Positions 11,110 through 20,202 of a stretch of 64,000 bases of DNA are shown here, in pieces (positions within the stretch are counted from its first letter, which is position 1; each line of letters starts with the position of its first letter). This stretch comes from Calditrichia bacterium (GTDB lineage: Bacteria > Calditrichota > Calditrichia > RBG-13-44-9 > J075), in NCBI GenBank assembly GCA_020634975.1, contig JACKAQ010000001.1, positions 3,383,272 to 3,447,271 of the forward strand, read 5' to 3'. The notes beneath the pieces were generated by a model. The model worked only from the letters and a program-made list of their open reading frames with translations. It was not told the origin of the DNA and did not search any database. The position numbers and the translations under genes are program-made.

Positions 11110-11249
11110 TCCGCATAAACCCCATTCCGTTATTTTAAACCGCTTCTCATCTATTATCGAGACTTAAATGGTTTTCATGATCAAAAAAATCGACCGTTTT
11201 TTGTTATAAAAGTATCGGTGTAAATTATTGGTTTACCGGGTTTATTTGG

Positions 11250-12401
11250 TTAAAATCCGGTTGCCAGGCTTAAAATCACAAAATTAGTTTTTAACGGTTT
11301 ATCCAGATACGGGTTAACGAAAACGTCTTCGTACAACAATCCGCGGGTTGTGTGCGCTTCCAGTTTCATCACAAAACCAGCCGAAAAAATGTAATTCAGT
11401 CCGATGCTGTAATCCCTGTGCAGTTCGCTATCCACATGTCGTTTGGGTAGAATTTCCCGCAGGTAAAACGGTACGATTATGTTTTTTGAATCGATCGATT
11501 CAAATTGAGCATTCAACACAAAGTTGTTCCAAAGATTAAAGCTGCTTTGCAAATAATAATTTTGTAGGTAGAATGGTGAGCCGGATACCGCAATAATATT
11601 TCCTTCCGCACGAAAAACCGCAGCATCGAAATCATATTCAAAAGATGCCAGATAATTTCCCACAGTCGGATTTTCCACCCCGGAGAGCACATTCAGCCCA
11701 AAACCATTTTTTGTGACGCCGTAATAGCCGCTAATGCCGGTTCGCAAGCCTTCAAGTGGGGTGTTTAACCATAATTGGGTGCCCAAAACGGATTCAATAT
11801 CAACCCGTTGTACGTTGGTTTTAAAACCGTTTCCCAACGGATTTTCTATATTTGCCCATTCTCCCCACCGGAATTGCCCCGCAAAAAAGTCGCTGCGAAT
11901 GCTCCAGCCTTTTCCGATGGGAAATTGTATTCCGAAAACCACCCCTTCAATGGCTTCGCTGGAAATACGGGATTCGGTATAAACCGAGGAAGGCACGCGG
12001 TAAAAAGGGATGAGTACACCTACATCGCGAACCTCGTTGAAAATACCCAGCGGCAGTGATACTTTCCCGAATTTGATGTAGCTCGAAGGCGTGGGGCGGT
12101 GTTCAAAAAATCCCCAATCCAGCTCGATATCCCTCGTGATCTCCATCAGCGGGTTTAAACCGAGCCGTTTGTGGGTGAGCTGAACGATAAAATTGTTAGA
12201 TTCGTTGACATCAAAGCGAAATTGCAGTGCGATATTCTGATAATCAGATGTGCCTTTCGATGGAATACCATAAATCTGGTGGTGATCGCTGATTGCGAAT
12301 CCCTGAGTCATGTGTCCGAAAACCCGGAGTTTGGACTGGCTATACAGCGGATTACAAAGCAAAAGAGCGAGTAAAAGTTGTGAAATTCGTAATTTTATCA
12401 T
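11250..12401 (-). CDS. outer-membrane beta-barrel (porin-like) protein, paralog 3 of 3
   Basis: It has the same family blocks, for example 'QSKLRVFGHMTQGFAISD' and 'IELDWGFFEH'. The C-terminus is 'LSLATGF'. Confidence 0.7.
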   Translation of the reverse strand: MIKLRISQLLLALLLCNPLYSQSKLRVFGHMTQGFAISDHHQIYGIPSKGTSDYQNIALQFRFDVNESNNFIVQLTHKRLGLNPLMEITRDIELDWGFFEHRPTPSSYIKFGKVSLPLGIFNEVRDVGVLIPFYRVPSSVYTESRISSEAIEGVVFGIQFPIGKGWSIRSDFFAGQFRWGEWANIENPLGNGFKTNVQRVDIESVLGTQLWLNTPLEGLRTGISGYYGVTKNGFGLNVLSGVENPTVGNYLASFEYDFDAAVFRAEGNIIAVSGSPFYLQNYYLQSSFNLWNNFVLNAQFESIDSKNIIVPFYLREILPKRHVDSELHRDYSIGLNYIFSAGFVMKLEAHTTRGLLYEDVFVNPYLDKPLKTNFVILSLATGF

Positions 12402-12582
12402 GACTCAACCGGTACTTTATAAATTTTTCAAACATTTGTACCAATACATAATCGTGTCTTTCAATTGAAAATTAAGATTAGAATTCAGGTTTTTGCATTG
12501 TTCCATTTCCATTGATTCACCACCTGCGAAATCTTATATTGGCCACATATGACGCGACATATACGTTAAACAGGAGGTAATT

Positions 12583-13911
12583 ATGGACTTGACAAAACAG
12601 ATGCAACGGGTAGCGGTTGTCGGTGCTGGCGGAAAAATGGGCAGCGGTATTTCGTTGCTTTTGGCGCAGGAAATGACCCTGCAATCGCTGCAATCGGAGC
12701 ATGTTGGCACAAATTTTCAATTAGCATTAATGGATATCAGCGCAGATGCGTTAGATGGATTGCAACAATATCTCGCCAAACAGACGAACAAATTTGCACA
12801 GAAAAATAGCGAATTGCTGACGGAATACTTTCCCGGTGATGATGCGACATCAATTGCAGAAAAATTTGTTGCAAAAATGCAATCGCTGCTGCGCCCGGTA
12901 ACCGATTTATCGGAAATCAGCAATCAGCAAATAATTTTTGAAGCCGTATTGGAAAAACTGGATCTGAAAGTCAATATTTTCAATCAGTTAAAGCAATCCA
13001 ATCCGGATGCGTATTTCATGAGCAACACCTCCTCCATTCCCATTCACGAGCTGGATGCGATTGTCGGAATGGGTGGGCGGATCATCGGTTTCCATTTTTA
13101 CAACCCACCGGCAATCCAGAAGCTGGTGGAGCTGATTATCCCGGAAAAAGTGGATCCCAAACTGCCGGAGCTTTCCAAAGCGATCGGTAAAAAACTGCGC
13201 AAAATCATTGTGCCATCCAATGATATTGCCGGATTTATCGGGAATGGGCATTTCATGCGCGACGGGTTGCATGGCATTCATGAAGCCGAGCATCTAATGA
13301 AAGAAGGCATGAGTTTCCCGCAGGCAATTTATACCGTCAACCGCATCAGCCAGGATTTTTTGCTGCGCCCGATGGGCATTTTTCAACTGATTGATTATGT
13401 GGGTCTGGATATTTTCCAGAGCATTTTGAAAATTATGAACCCGCATTTTCCCAAAGAAACGCTCCACAGCCGGTTGATCGACGGGCTTGTGGCAGCCGGT
13501 GTAAAAGGCGGGCAATTTTCCGATGGCAGCCAAAAAGATGGTTTTCTGAAATACGAAGGCGGCAAAGTTGTGGGTGTTTACGACAATGCTCAACAAAAAT
13601 ATTTGTCGATACATGAGGGGCGCTGGCAGGAAGTTATCGATTCGCAGATTGGCGAACTGCCGGAAAGCCACGAACCGTGGAAAACTTTGCTCAAAGATGT
13701 AGATCGCGATGGGAAATTACAGCGTTATTTTAGCGATCTTTCCGAAAGCCGGACGCTGGGTGCCAAACTGGCGATCAATTATTTGAAACATTCCAAATCG
13801 ATTGGTGAACATCTCGTAAGCTGTGGCGTTGCCGACAGCGCGGATGATGTGAACAGCGTTCTGATGAACGGATTTTTCCATCTCTACGGACCGGTGAATT
13901 CGTTCGTTTAA
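12583..13911 (+). CDS. 3-hydroxyacyl-CoA dehydrogenase family protein (NAD-binding N-domain plus C-terminal extension)
   Basis: The Rossmann motif 'VAVVGAGGKMGSGI' near the N-terminus is present. The 'FHFYNPPAIQKLVELI' block is typical of 3-hydroxyacyl-CoA / 3-hydroxybutyryl-CoA dehydrogenases. A good SD (AGGAGG) lies 6 nt upstream of the ATG. Confidence 0.7.
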   Translation: MDLTKQMQRVAVVGAGGKMGSGISLLLAQEMTLQSLQSEHVGTNFQLALMDISADALDGLQQYLAKQTNKFAQKNSELLTEYFPGDDATSIAEKFVAKMQSLLRPVTDLSEISNQQIIFEAVLEKLDLKVNIFNQLKQSNPDAYFMSNTSSIPIHELDAIVGMGGRIIGFHFYNPPAIQKLVELIIPEKVDPKLPELSKAIGKKLRKIIVPSNDIAGFIGNGHFMRDGLHGIHEAEHLMKEGMSFPQAIYTVNRISQDFLLRPMGIFQLIDYVGLDIFQSILKIMNPHFPKETLHSRLIDGLVAAGVKGGQFSDGSQKDGFLKYEGGKVVGVYDNAQQKYLSIHEGRWQEVIDSQIGELPESHEPWKTLLKDVDRDGKLQRYFSDLSESRTLGAKLAINYLKHSKSIGEHLVSCGVADSADDVNSVLMNGFFHLYGPVNSFV

Positions 13912-13943
13912 TTCCAGAAGTTACAATTTTTTTACGTTCAGAA

Positions 13944-13976
13944 AAGGCAGGGCAAAACCCTGCCTTTTTTGTTTTT
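13944..13976 (+). terminator. rho-independent terminator (GGCAGGG-CAAAA-CCCTGCC followed by a T-run)
   Basis: A perfect 7-bp GC-rich stem with a 5-nt loop is followed by TTTTTTGTTTTT. It lies 33 nt after the dehydrogenase stop. Confidence 0.7.
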
Positions 13977-14042
13977 GAGAGTTTATGCGAATTTTGTAGA
14001 TTTACAGATTCACCAAAAACTCAACAAAAGGATACCGACCGG

Positions 14043-15770
14043 ATGAGTTGGTTTATTGGCGCATTTCCAAACGGAAACGGGATAATTTCCAAAGAATTCT
14101 TTTTGCAAAAAACAGCGTTTTTGCCCGAACACCGATTGAAAATTTGCACCAAACAACTTTGCCTGATTGCCGGTGGCATCGCAGAAACTTGCCAGTTTTC
14201 TGTTGCTGCGGATGAAACATCCGGCTGGTTGCGGCAGGTGTTGGCATTCATTTTGTCGATGGATTGCCAACATTGATGACCGGCGCAGATTGGTCAACTG
14301 TTTTTGCCGGAGCTGAGACGGATTTGTCATCGCTCAACGGGCATTTTGCCGCAATTGGCTGGCAAAACCGACGCATCCGTTTTTTCACTGATCCGCTGGG
14401 GTTGCGCAACATTTTTTCCGGGAAATTGATGGCGTCATGTGGTTTGCAAGTCGCATCGACTGGTTGGCAGGTATAAAAGCGGTTGCAAAATCGAATTGGA
14501 AACATTCAGTGCGCACTGGCTGTTGATTAATCAATTGTCGCAGGAAAGCGGTGTAACCGGTGTTCGGCGGCTTTGCCAGGGCGGTATCGCAACGGCTGAA
14601 CCGGGAAAGTTCACGCTGACAAACCACGAATGGTTGCCGGATAAATCGCAAAATTTTTCCGAAAAATCGATGCCGGATTTATTGCGCGATTTTACTGTTT
14701 ACGCTCGGCGGGGAAAAACGCTGTCGCTGGGGTTGTCCGGCGGGCTGGATTCGCGGGTGCTGCTGGCACAGTTGCTCAACCAACCGAAAAATGATTGGGC
14801 TGTACACCTTTAATGTTCCGGAGCACCCGGATCGAAAGATTGCCGGTAACATCGCTTCAGCATTGGCATCCCGCAAACGGTAATCCCCGCTTTTTCCCCG
14901 ATACCGAAAAGATTTTTGAAATACTAAAAAACTATGTTGGGCAAACTCGATTGTCATCGCCGGCATCTGGGTTTGTTAATGTTCAATTTACAGCTATTTA
15001 CACCACCTCGGAAAAATCGTTATCGATGGCGGTTCGGGCGAAATTGCCCGGCGACGCTATCTGAACATGCTGCTGCTGCGGGGTAAAACAGCGCTGCTGA
15101 ATGGCAATGTTTCGCAAATTTTGCCGTTTTTGCATGTGCATCGCGCCAATATTTTACTGCGAAGTTCAGTTACAACTGGAAAACAGCCTTGCTGGCGAAC
15201 TGGAAAATGTGTGGTCCCAGATGCCAGATATCCGGCATTTTGGTGTGGAAAACTGGCTGGATTTGTTCGCCATCCGCACCCGATTTCCCAATTTTGCAGC
15301 CTGGAGCAAAGCCGGTCAGATAGTGAACTGGTGAATTTCATGCCGTTTGTGCAACCGGCATTTCTCCAAAAATGTTCGAGACACCGGTTCGCGAACGGGA
15401 TAACGGGCGAATGTTCCGCAAAATTATCCGCGAAAATTATCCATCGCTGACCCGTTTTTCACTCGTGAAAGATGGCATCGTTTATCCGTATCCGTTTAAA
15501 ACCATTTCTGCATCGCTGTGGATGAAAGGAAAACGCAAATTTGGGAAAGTGTATGTCGAGCAAAATACAATTCATTTGCTAACTGCGATTGAGCCACAAA
15601 TTCGCGGTTTGCTGGATTCCGCAACGGTGCGACAGAGTAATTTTTATGATTATCAGATGTTGCAACAGATTGTTGATGGGTTTTACAGCGGCGATCAGCG
15701 CCATGCCAAAGCTTTGGATTGGTGGCTGGCTTTCGAGCTGTATCGGCAGCAAATTGAGCAAACAATGTAA
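14043..15770 (+). pseudogene. asparagine synthetase (AsnB) / lasso-peptide-cyclase-like gene disrupted by at least five frameshifts
   Basis: Consecutive ORF pieces in frames 0, 2, 0, 1, 2(?), 1 and 0 together read like one AsnB-family protein. The blocks in order are 'HFAAIGWQNRRIRFFTDPLGLRNIF' (GFA..W / DPLG), the PP-loop 'LSLGLSGGLDSRVLLAQL', 'LYTFNVPEHPDRKIAGNIASAL', 'IVIDGGSGEIARRRY' and a C-terminal region. No single frame is open for more than about 130 codons. Confidence 0.55.
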
Positions 15771-15981
15771 TGCATATTTTGCACTTTGGCGCAAAAAGGT
15801 AATTTTTACATCATTTTCCGCAACAAAATTTCGAATCAATTTTATTCTCATAAACATTTATTTATAAAGCAATTAGCGGCATGCTTTTTTGTGCCGGAAT
15901 GTTGTGGCATGTCAATTGTTTTAATTAGAGCATACTAATTTTTTTAACGGTAAAACTATTGCTAAATTTTCGGAGGCTCTT

Positions 15982-17202
15982 TTGAAACAATCTTTGACAG
16001 GAAACATTTTCCGGATGTTCAGTATTTTCTGCTGCATTTCTTTGCCGATGGTTGCCCAGGTTTGGACAATTCAAAACAGTGGCGTATCCGATCAGCTCAA
16101 AAGCGTTCACTTTGTCAGCAATTCTGAAGGCTGGGTTTGCGGCGATAACGGGGCATTGTTGCACACGGTAAACGCCGGTGAAACATGGTCCCGCGTTGCG
16201 GTTTTCAGCAGTGATCTGCACGAAGTTGCGTTTTTGGATGCGCAAACCGGCATCGTTTCCGGTGATGACGGGGCAATTTTGCGCACAACCGATGGCGGCG
16301 CAAACTGGAGCATTGTTAATAGCGGCACCAGTTCGCAATTGCGTGGCTGCGGTTGGGGTGCGGATGGCATTGCCTGGGCAGCAGGTCGTGATGGCGTGTT
16401 GCTAAAATCGACAGATTTTGGAGCAACCTGGACCCTTCAGCAAAGCGGCACAACCAACCGGATTCGCTCGATCGTGGGATACGGCAGCACTCACGCATGG
16501 GCAGTCGGCAACGATGGATTGATTCGCAGCACAGCAAATGGCAACAGTTGGGCAGCCCAAAACAGCCCGGTTTCGGACAATCTCGAAGATGTTCAATTTA
16601 TCAACACCAACGTGGGATTTGTTTCCGGCAGCGGCACAGTGCTGTTTACCGATAACGGCGGCGCAACCTGGGCAGTTCGTGGCAGTGGCGTCAGCGGCGA
16701 AACCAACGGATTGTATTTTACGGACGAATCCAACGGCTGGGTTGTGAATGAAATGGGGCAAATTTTCCACACAACCAACGGCGGCGTAACCTGGGCAACA
16801 GAAACAACCGGCACTTCCGGTATATTAAATGATGTGTTTGTTGCAGCCAACGGCGCTGGTTGGGCGGTTGGCGATAACGGCGTCATTTTGAAACATGCGC
16901 CACTCACCGGAATTGATGATGAGCCGGAAACCGCCGTTCGCGAAAATAAACTGGCTCAAAATTACCCGAATCCGTTCAATCCCGCGACAACAATTGCATT
17001 TAATTTGGCCAGTTATCAAAAGGTGCAATTAACCGTTTACAACATTGCCGGTCAACAGGTGGCGGAATTGATCAATCAACCGTTGATTGCGGGCGCGCAT
17101 TCGGTTACCTTTTCCGGGGAAAACTTGCCTTCCGGGGTTTATTTTTACGAACTTCGTGCCGGCAGTTTTAACGAAATTAAAAAAATGATGCTGGTGAAAT
17201 AA
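15982..17202 (+). CDS. secreted BNR/Ycf48-like beta-propeller protein with a C-terminal T9SS sorting domain
   Basis: It has a TTG start with an upstream GGAGG and a signal peptide. At least six 'G...T.DGG.TW' repeats of the BNR/Ycf48 type are present. The C-terminus 'NYPNPFNPATTIAF...VYNIAGQQVAEL...SGVYFYELRAG' is a classic type-IX secretion CTD. Confidence 0.75.
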   Translation: MKQSLTGNIFRMFSIFCCISLPMVAQVWTIQNSGVSDQLKSVHFVSNSEGWVCGDNGALLHTVNAGETWSRVAVFSSDLHEVAFLDAQTGIVSGDDGAILRTTDGGANWSIVNSGTSSQLRGCGWGADGIAWAAGRDGVLLKSTDFGATWTLQQSGTTNRIRSIVGYGSTHAWAVGNDGLIRSTANGNSWAAQNSPVSDNLEDVQFINTNVGFVSGSGTVLFTDNGGATWAVRGSGVSGETNGLYFTDESNGWVVNEMGQIFHTTNGGVTWATETTGTSGILNDVFVAANGAGWAVGDNGVILKHAPLTGIDDEPETAVRENKLAQNYPNPFNPATTIAFNLASYQKVQLTVYNIAGQQVAELINQPLIAGAHSVTFSGENLPSGVYFYELRAGSFNEIKKMMLVK

Positions 17203-17218
17203 ACCGGTCGATTATTTA

Positions 17219-17234
17219 TGGAACAATATTTGCA
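17219..17234 (+). promoter_or_regulatory. candidate sigma-54 (-24/-12) promoter TGGAAC-N5-TTGCA upstream of the cytochrome gene block
   Basis: The sequence is 'TGGAACAATATTTGCA', with GG and GC spaced by 10 nt as in the TGGCAC-N5-TTGCW consensus. There is one mismatch in the -24 hexamer. It lies about 75 nt upstream of the 17308 start. Confidence 0.4.
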
Positions 17235-17307
17235 AATCCAAACATGGTAACGTAATCCGGTGACACTTTGTATACCGGATTAACGGTTTTAATAACGATT
17301 AACAACA

Positions 17308-18219
17308 ATGATGCAGCCTGTGAAGAATACGCACACGAAAACCCAACGCGACTGGTTTAAAATTGGTTTGAAAATAGTTTATGTAATTTCGTTATCAATT
17401 TACGCATACTATTTGATAGACGGATTGGGATTTTACCAACTACCGTTTCAGGAACGTCCGCATCACGAGGCATACCGGAATTTGCGGTCCGCCGGATTGC
17501 GCGGGCACGGTTTTGGCATTATCGGTTCGCTGATGATGACGTTGATGCTCCTGTATTCTGTTCGGAAACGAACCAACTGGTTTGGCAAATGGGGCGCGAT
17601 CAGCCGTTGGTTGGATGTGCATATTTATCTCGGGATCATGGGACCACTACTGGTCATTTTGCATACTACCTTTAAGTTGAACGGCATTGTTGCGGTTAGC
17701 TTCTGGTCGATGATCGCGGTTTCCGGCAGCGGAATTTTGGGGAGATATTTGTATTTGCAAATTCCCCGGAACCGGCGCGGAGACGAACTCAGCCTGAAAG
17801 AAATTGAATCGCTCGATCAGGAATTTTCGGAAGAACTTTCCCGCGAACTGGGGCTGAAAAACGGTAAGCTTGCCCGGCTTCAGGAAATTGCCGGTGTGCA
17901 AAATGTAAACAAAGATGCCGGGTTGTTCAGTTTGCTGATGGGCATGCTCCGGTTCGACCTGTTCAGCTTTTTTCGTAAATACCGGCAGCAGCGGATGTTG
18001 CGGAAAGAATTCCAGCTGGACAGCCAGCAATTGAAAGCCGCAATCGAAATTTTGCATCGCAAACAATTGCTGGAACGCCGGATTTTACTGCTCAATCATG
18101 TTCAGCGGCTGTTCCATTATTGGCATGTGTTTCACAAGCCATTCGCGATTTTAATGTTTCTGATCATGATTTTACATATCGGCGTGGCAGTTTGGTTGGG
18201 TTACACATGGATTTTTTGA
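17308..18219 (+). CDS. polytopic membrane protein with conserved intramembrane histidines, possibly a b-type cytochrome / quinol-interacting subunit
   Basis: Several TM helices carry His pairs: 'WLDVHIYLGIMGPLLVILHTTF', 'LFHYWHVFHKPF' and 'MILHIGVAV'. The gene leads the multiheme cytochrome block. The functional call is an inference from the architecture only. Confidence 0.4.
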   Translation: MMQPVKNTHTKTQRDWFKIGLKIVYVISLSIYAYYLIDGLGFYQLPFQERPHHEAYRNLRSAGLRGHGFGIIGSLMMTLMLLYSVRKRTNWFGKWGAISRWLDVHIYLGIMGPLLVILHTTFKLNGIVAVSFWSMIAVSGSGILGRYLYLQIPRNRRGDELSLKEIESLDQEFSEELSRELGLKNGKLARLQEIAGVQNVNKDAGLFSLLMGMLRFDLFSFFRKYRQQRMLRKEFQLDSQQLKAAIEILHRKQLLERRILLLNHVQRLFHYWHVFHKPFAILMFLIMILHIGVAVWLGYTWIF

Positions 18220-18308
18220 CGCACTTCCGACAGCAGTGGACTCGGAGCGAACTCGAAGGGCAGATGCTAATTTTCATTTTCTTTATCAACGTTACGTAAA
18301 AAGGGAGT

Positions 18309-20027
18309 TTGACCATTCAATCAGCATGCATCTGGCAGCACATATTTTTTCGGTTTTGGCGAATCGTTTTTTTGTGGAATGTTTTTGCAGCAACCTTCGC
18401 AATTGCGCAGCTTTCGCCGGGCGATCTGCACCAGTCTCACGCCAAATTAGAGGGGTTGAGCAATTGCACCAAATGCCATTCCAGCGGCGCACAAATCGAT
18501 CTGGGAAAATGTCTCGATTGTCATAAATTGCTAAAACAGCGCATCGATTCGAACAAAGGGTTGCATGCCCGACCGGATTACAGTGATTGTGTCCACTGCC
18601 ACAACGACCATCACGGCAGAGATTTCGAAATGGTATTCTGGAAAGAGGGACAGGATAATTTTGACCATGATTTGACCGGTTACCGGCTGGAAGAAAAACA
18701 TGCCGAACTGAAATGCCGGGACTGCCATAAACCCGCCAATATCGCCGATCCGCAGCCGTTGCTCAATCAGGATAAAAATCTCGAACGCACATTCTTGGGA
18801 TTGCAGCAAGCCTGTTTAACCTGCCATGCGGATGAGCATCGCGGGCAATTGGCGGAAGATTGTCTGAAATGTCACACCTACAGCGGTTGGAAACCTGCCA
18901 ACCGTTTTGATCACGACAAAGCCAAATTCCGGCTGACCGGATTGCACCGGGATGTAAAATGTGTCGATTGCCACAAAGAAGAGCGTGATAATCGCACAGC
19001 GGACGACCCGACATTTGCCCGGTTTACGGGCATCGCATTTCAGAATTGCACAAACTGCCACGAAGATGTGCACCGGGGACAATTCGGACAAAATTGCCAA
19101 AAATGCCACAGCACTGCCGGCTGGAAAAAGCTGCTTGCCAATGCGGATTTCAATCATAATTTAACGCGATATCCATTGCGCGGCAAACACGCCACAGTTG
19201 CCTGCGAAAGCTGCCACAAACCCGGCATTCCGCGTCGCGGATTGGCATTTGCCAAATGCACCGATTGTCACACAGATTTTCACCTCGGGCAATTTGCGGC
19301 ACGTCCCGGCGGCATCGCCTGCGAAAATTGTCACACTGTCAAAGGGTTTTCTCCCGCGAACTTTACGTTCGACGATCACGCCAAAACGGATTATCCGTTG
19401 GAAGGCGCGCACCTTGCCATTCCCTGCATCGCCTGTCACGCGGGCACGCCAAACGGGCGTGGCAGTTCGCGATCAATGTTGCGGATCAACCGGTTTACCT
19501 TTGTGTCCACCAAATGCATCGATTGCCACAAAGACCCGCATTTCGGCGAAACCAAACGCTTTGTGGATATCAACGGCTGCGAAAGCTGCCATCGCGTGGA
19601 TAGCTGGCGGAGCATCGAATTCGATCACAGCCAAACCGATTTTGCACTGCTCGGCAAACATAACAGCACTGGCTGCATTCAATGCCACGTTCCGGCTGCG
19701 GAAACATCCGGCGGCAAAAGGATTCCGTTCCAGAATATGGCGCAGAATTGCCAACACTGTCACGCGGACAAACACAACGGTCAGTTTGTTACCACATTTG
19801 TTTCCGCCGGAAAAGAAATTCGAGGTACTGATTGCGCCCGGTGTCACGGCGAAGAAAATTGGCAACCGGTGAAATTTGATCATAATCGCGATTCCAAATT
19901 TTCGCTCGAAGGCGCACACGAAAAAGTTGCCTGCGAAGCATGTCACATGACTGTTGCGGAAGCGGACGTCACTTTCCGGCAATTTAAACCACTCGGCAGC
20001 GAGTGTTCGGATTGCCACGGCGGGTGA
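18309..20027 (+). CDS. multiheme c-type cytochrome, 20 CxxCH motifs, with an N-terminal hydrophobic anchor or signal
   Basis: The 20 counted CxxCH sites include CTKCH, CLDCH, CVHCH and CSDCH. Many are followed by a distal His. It has a TTG start with AAGGGAG immediately upstream. Confidence 0.85.
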   Translation: MTIQSACIWQHIFFRFWRIVFLWNVFAATFAIAQLSPGDLHQSHAKLEGLSNCTKCHSSGAQIDLGKCLDCHKLLKQRIDSNKGLHARPDYSDCVHCHNDHHGRDFEMVFWKEGQDNFDHDLTGYRLEEKHAELKCRDCHKPANIADPQPLLNQDKNLERTFLGLQQACLTCHADEHRGQLAEDCLKCHTYSGWKPANRFDHDKAKFRLTGLHRDVKCVDCHKEERDNRTADDPTFARFTGIAFQNCTNCHEDVHRGQFGQNCQKCHSTAGWKKLLANADFNHNLTRYPLRGKHATVACESCHKPGIPRRGLAFAKCTDCHTDFHLGQFAARPGGIACENCHTVKGFSPANFTFDDHAKTDYPLEGAHLAIPCIACHAGTPNGRGSSRSMLRINRFTFVSTKCIDCHKDPHFGETKRFVDINGCESCHRVDSWRSIEFDHSQTDFALLGKHNSTGCIQCHVPAAETSGGKRIPFQNMAQNCQHCHADKHNGQFVTTFVSAGKEIRGTDCARCHGEENWQPVKFDHNRDSKFSLEGAHEKVACEACHMTVAEADVTFRQFKPLGSECSDCHGG

Positions 20028-20202
20028 GAGTTGTGGACGCCGGGGACACCCGCATTCGCAGAGGCAGCAGTAAAGCTTTTTTGTCATTCCTGCGAATGCA
20101 GGAATCTCCCGGTTATTTCTTCGGGTATCATTTTATTTTTTTTCATAAGTTTTAATAAACTACTGTAAATAAACAAAATAGCACATAAAACAGAAGTGCC
20201 GA

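Noticed and set aside
12988-13671. Minus-strand ORFs of 101 and 125 aa inside the 3-hydroxyacyl-CoA dehydrogenase gene.
   Set aside because: They are antisense to a gene with a clear Rossmann motif and SD. No independent support exists.
14043-15770. Treating the six overlapping plus-strand ORFs of 60-130 aa as separate small genes.
   Set aside because: Their translations form consecutive segments of a single AsnB-family protein. This is better explained as one frameshifted pseudogene.
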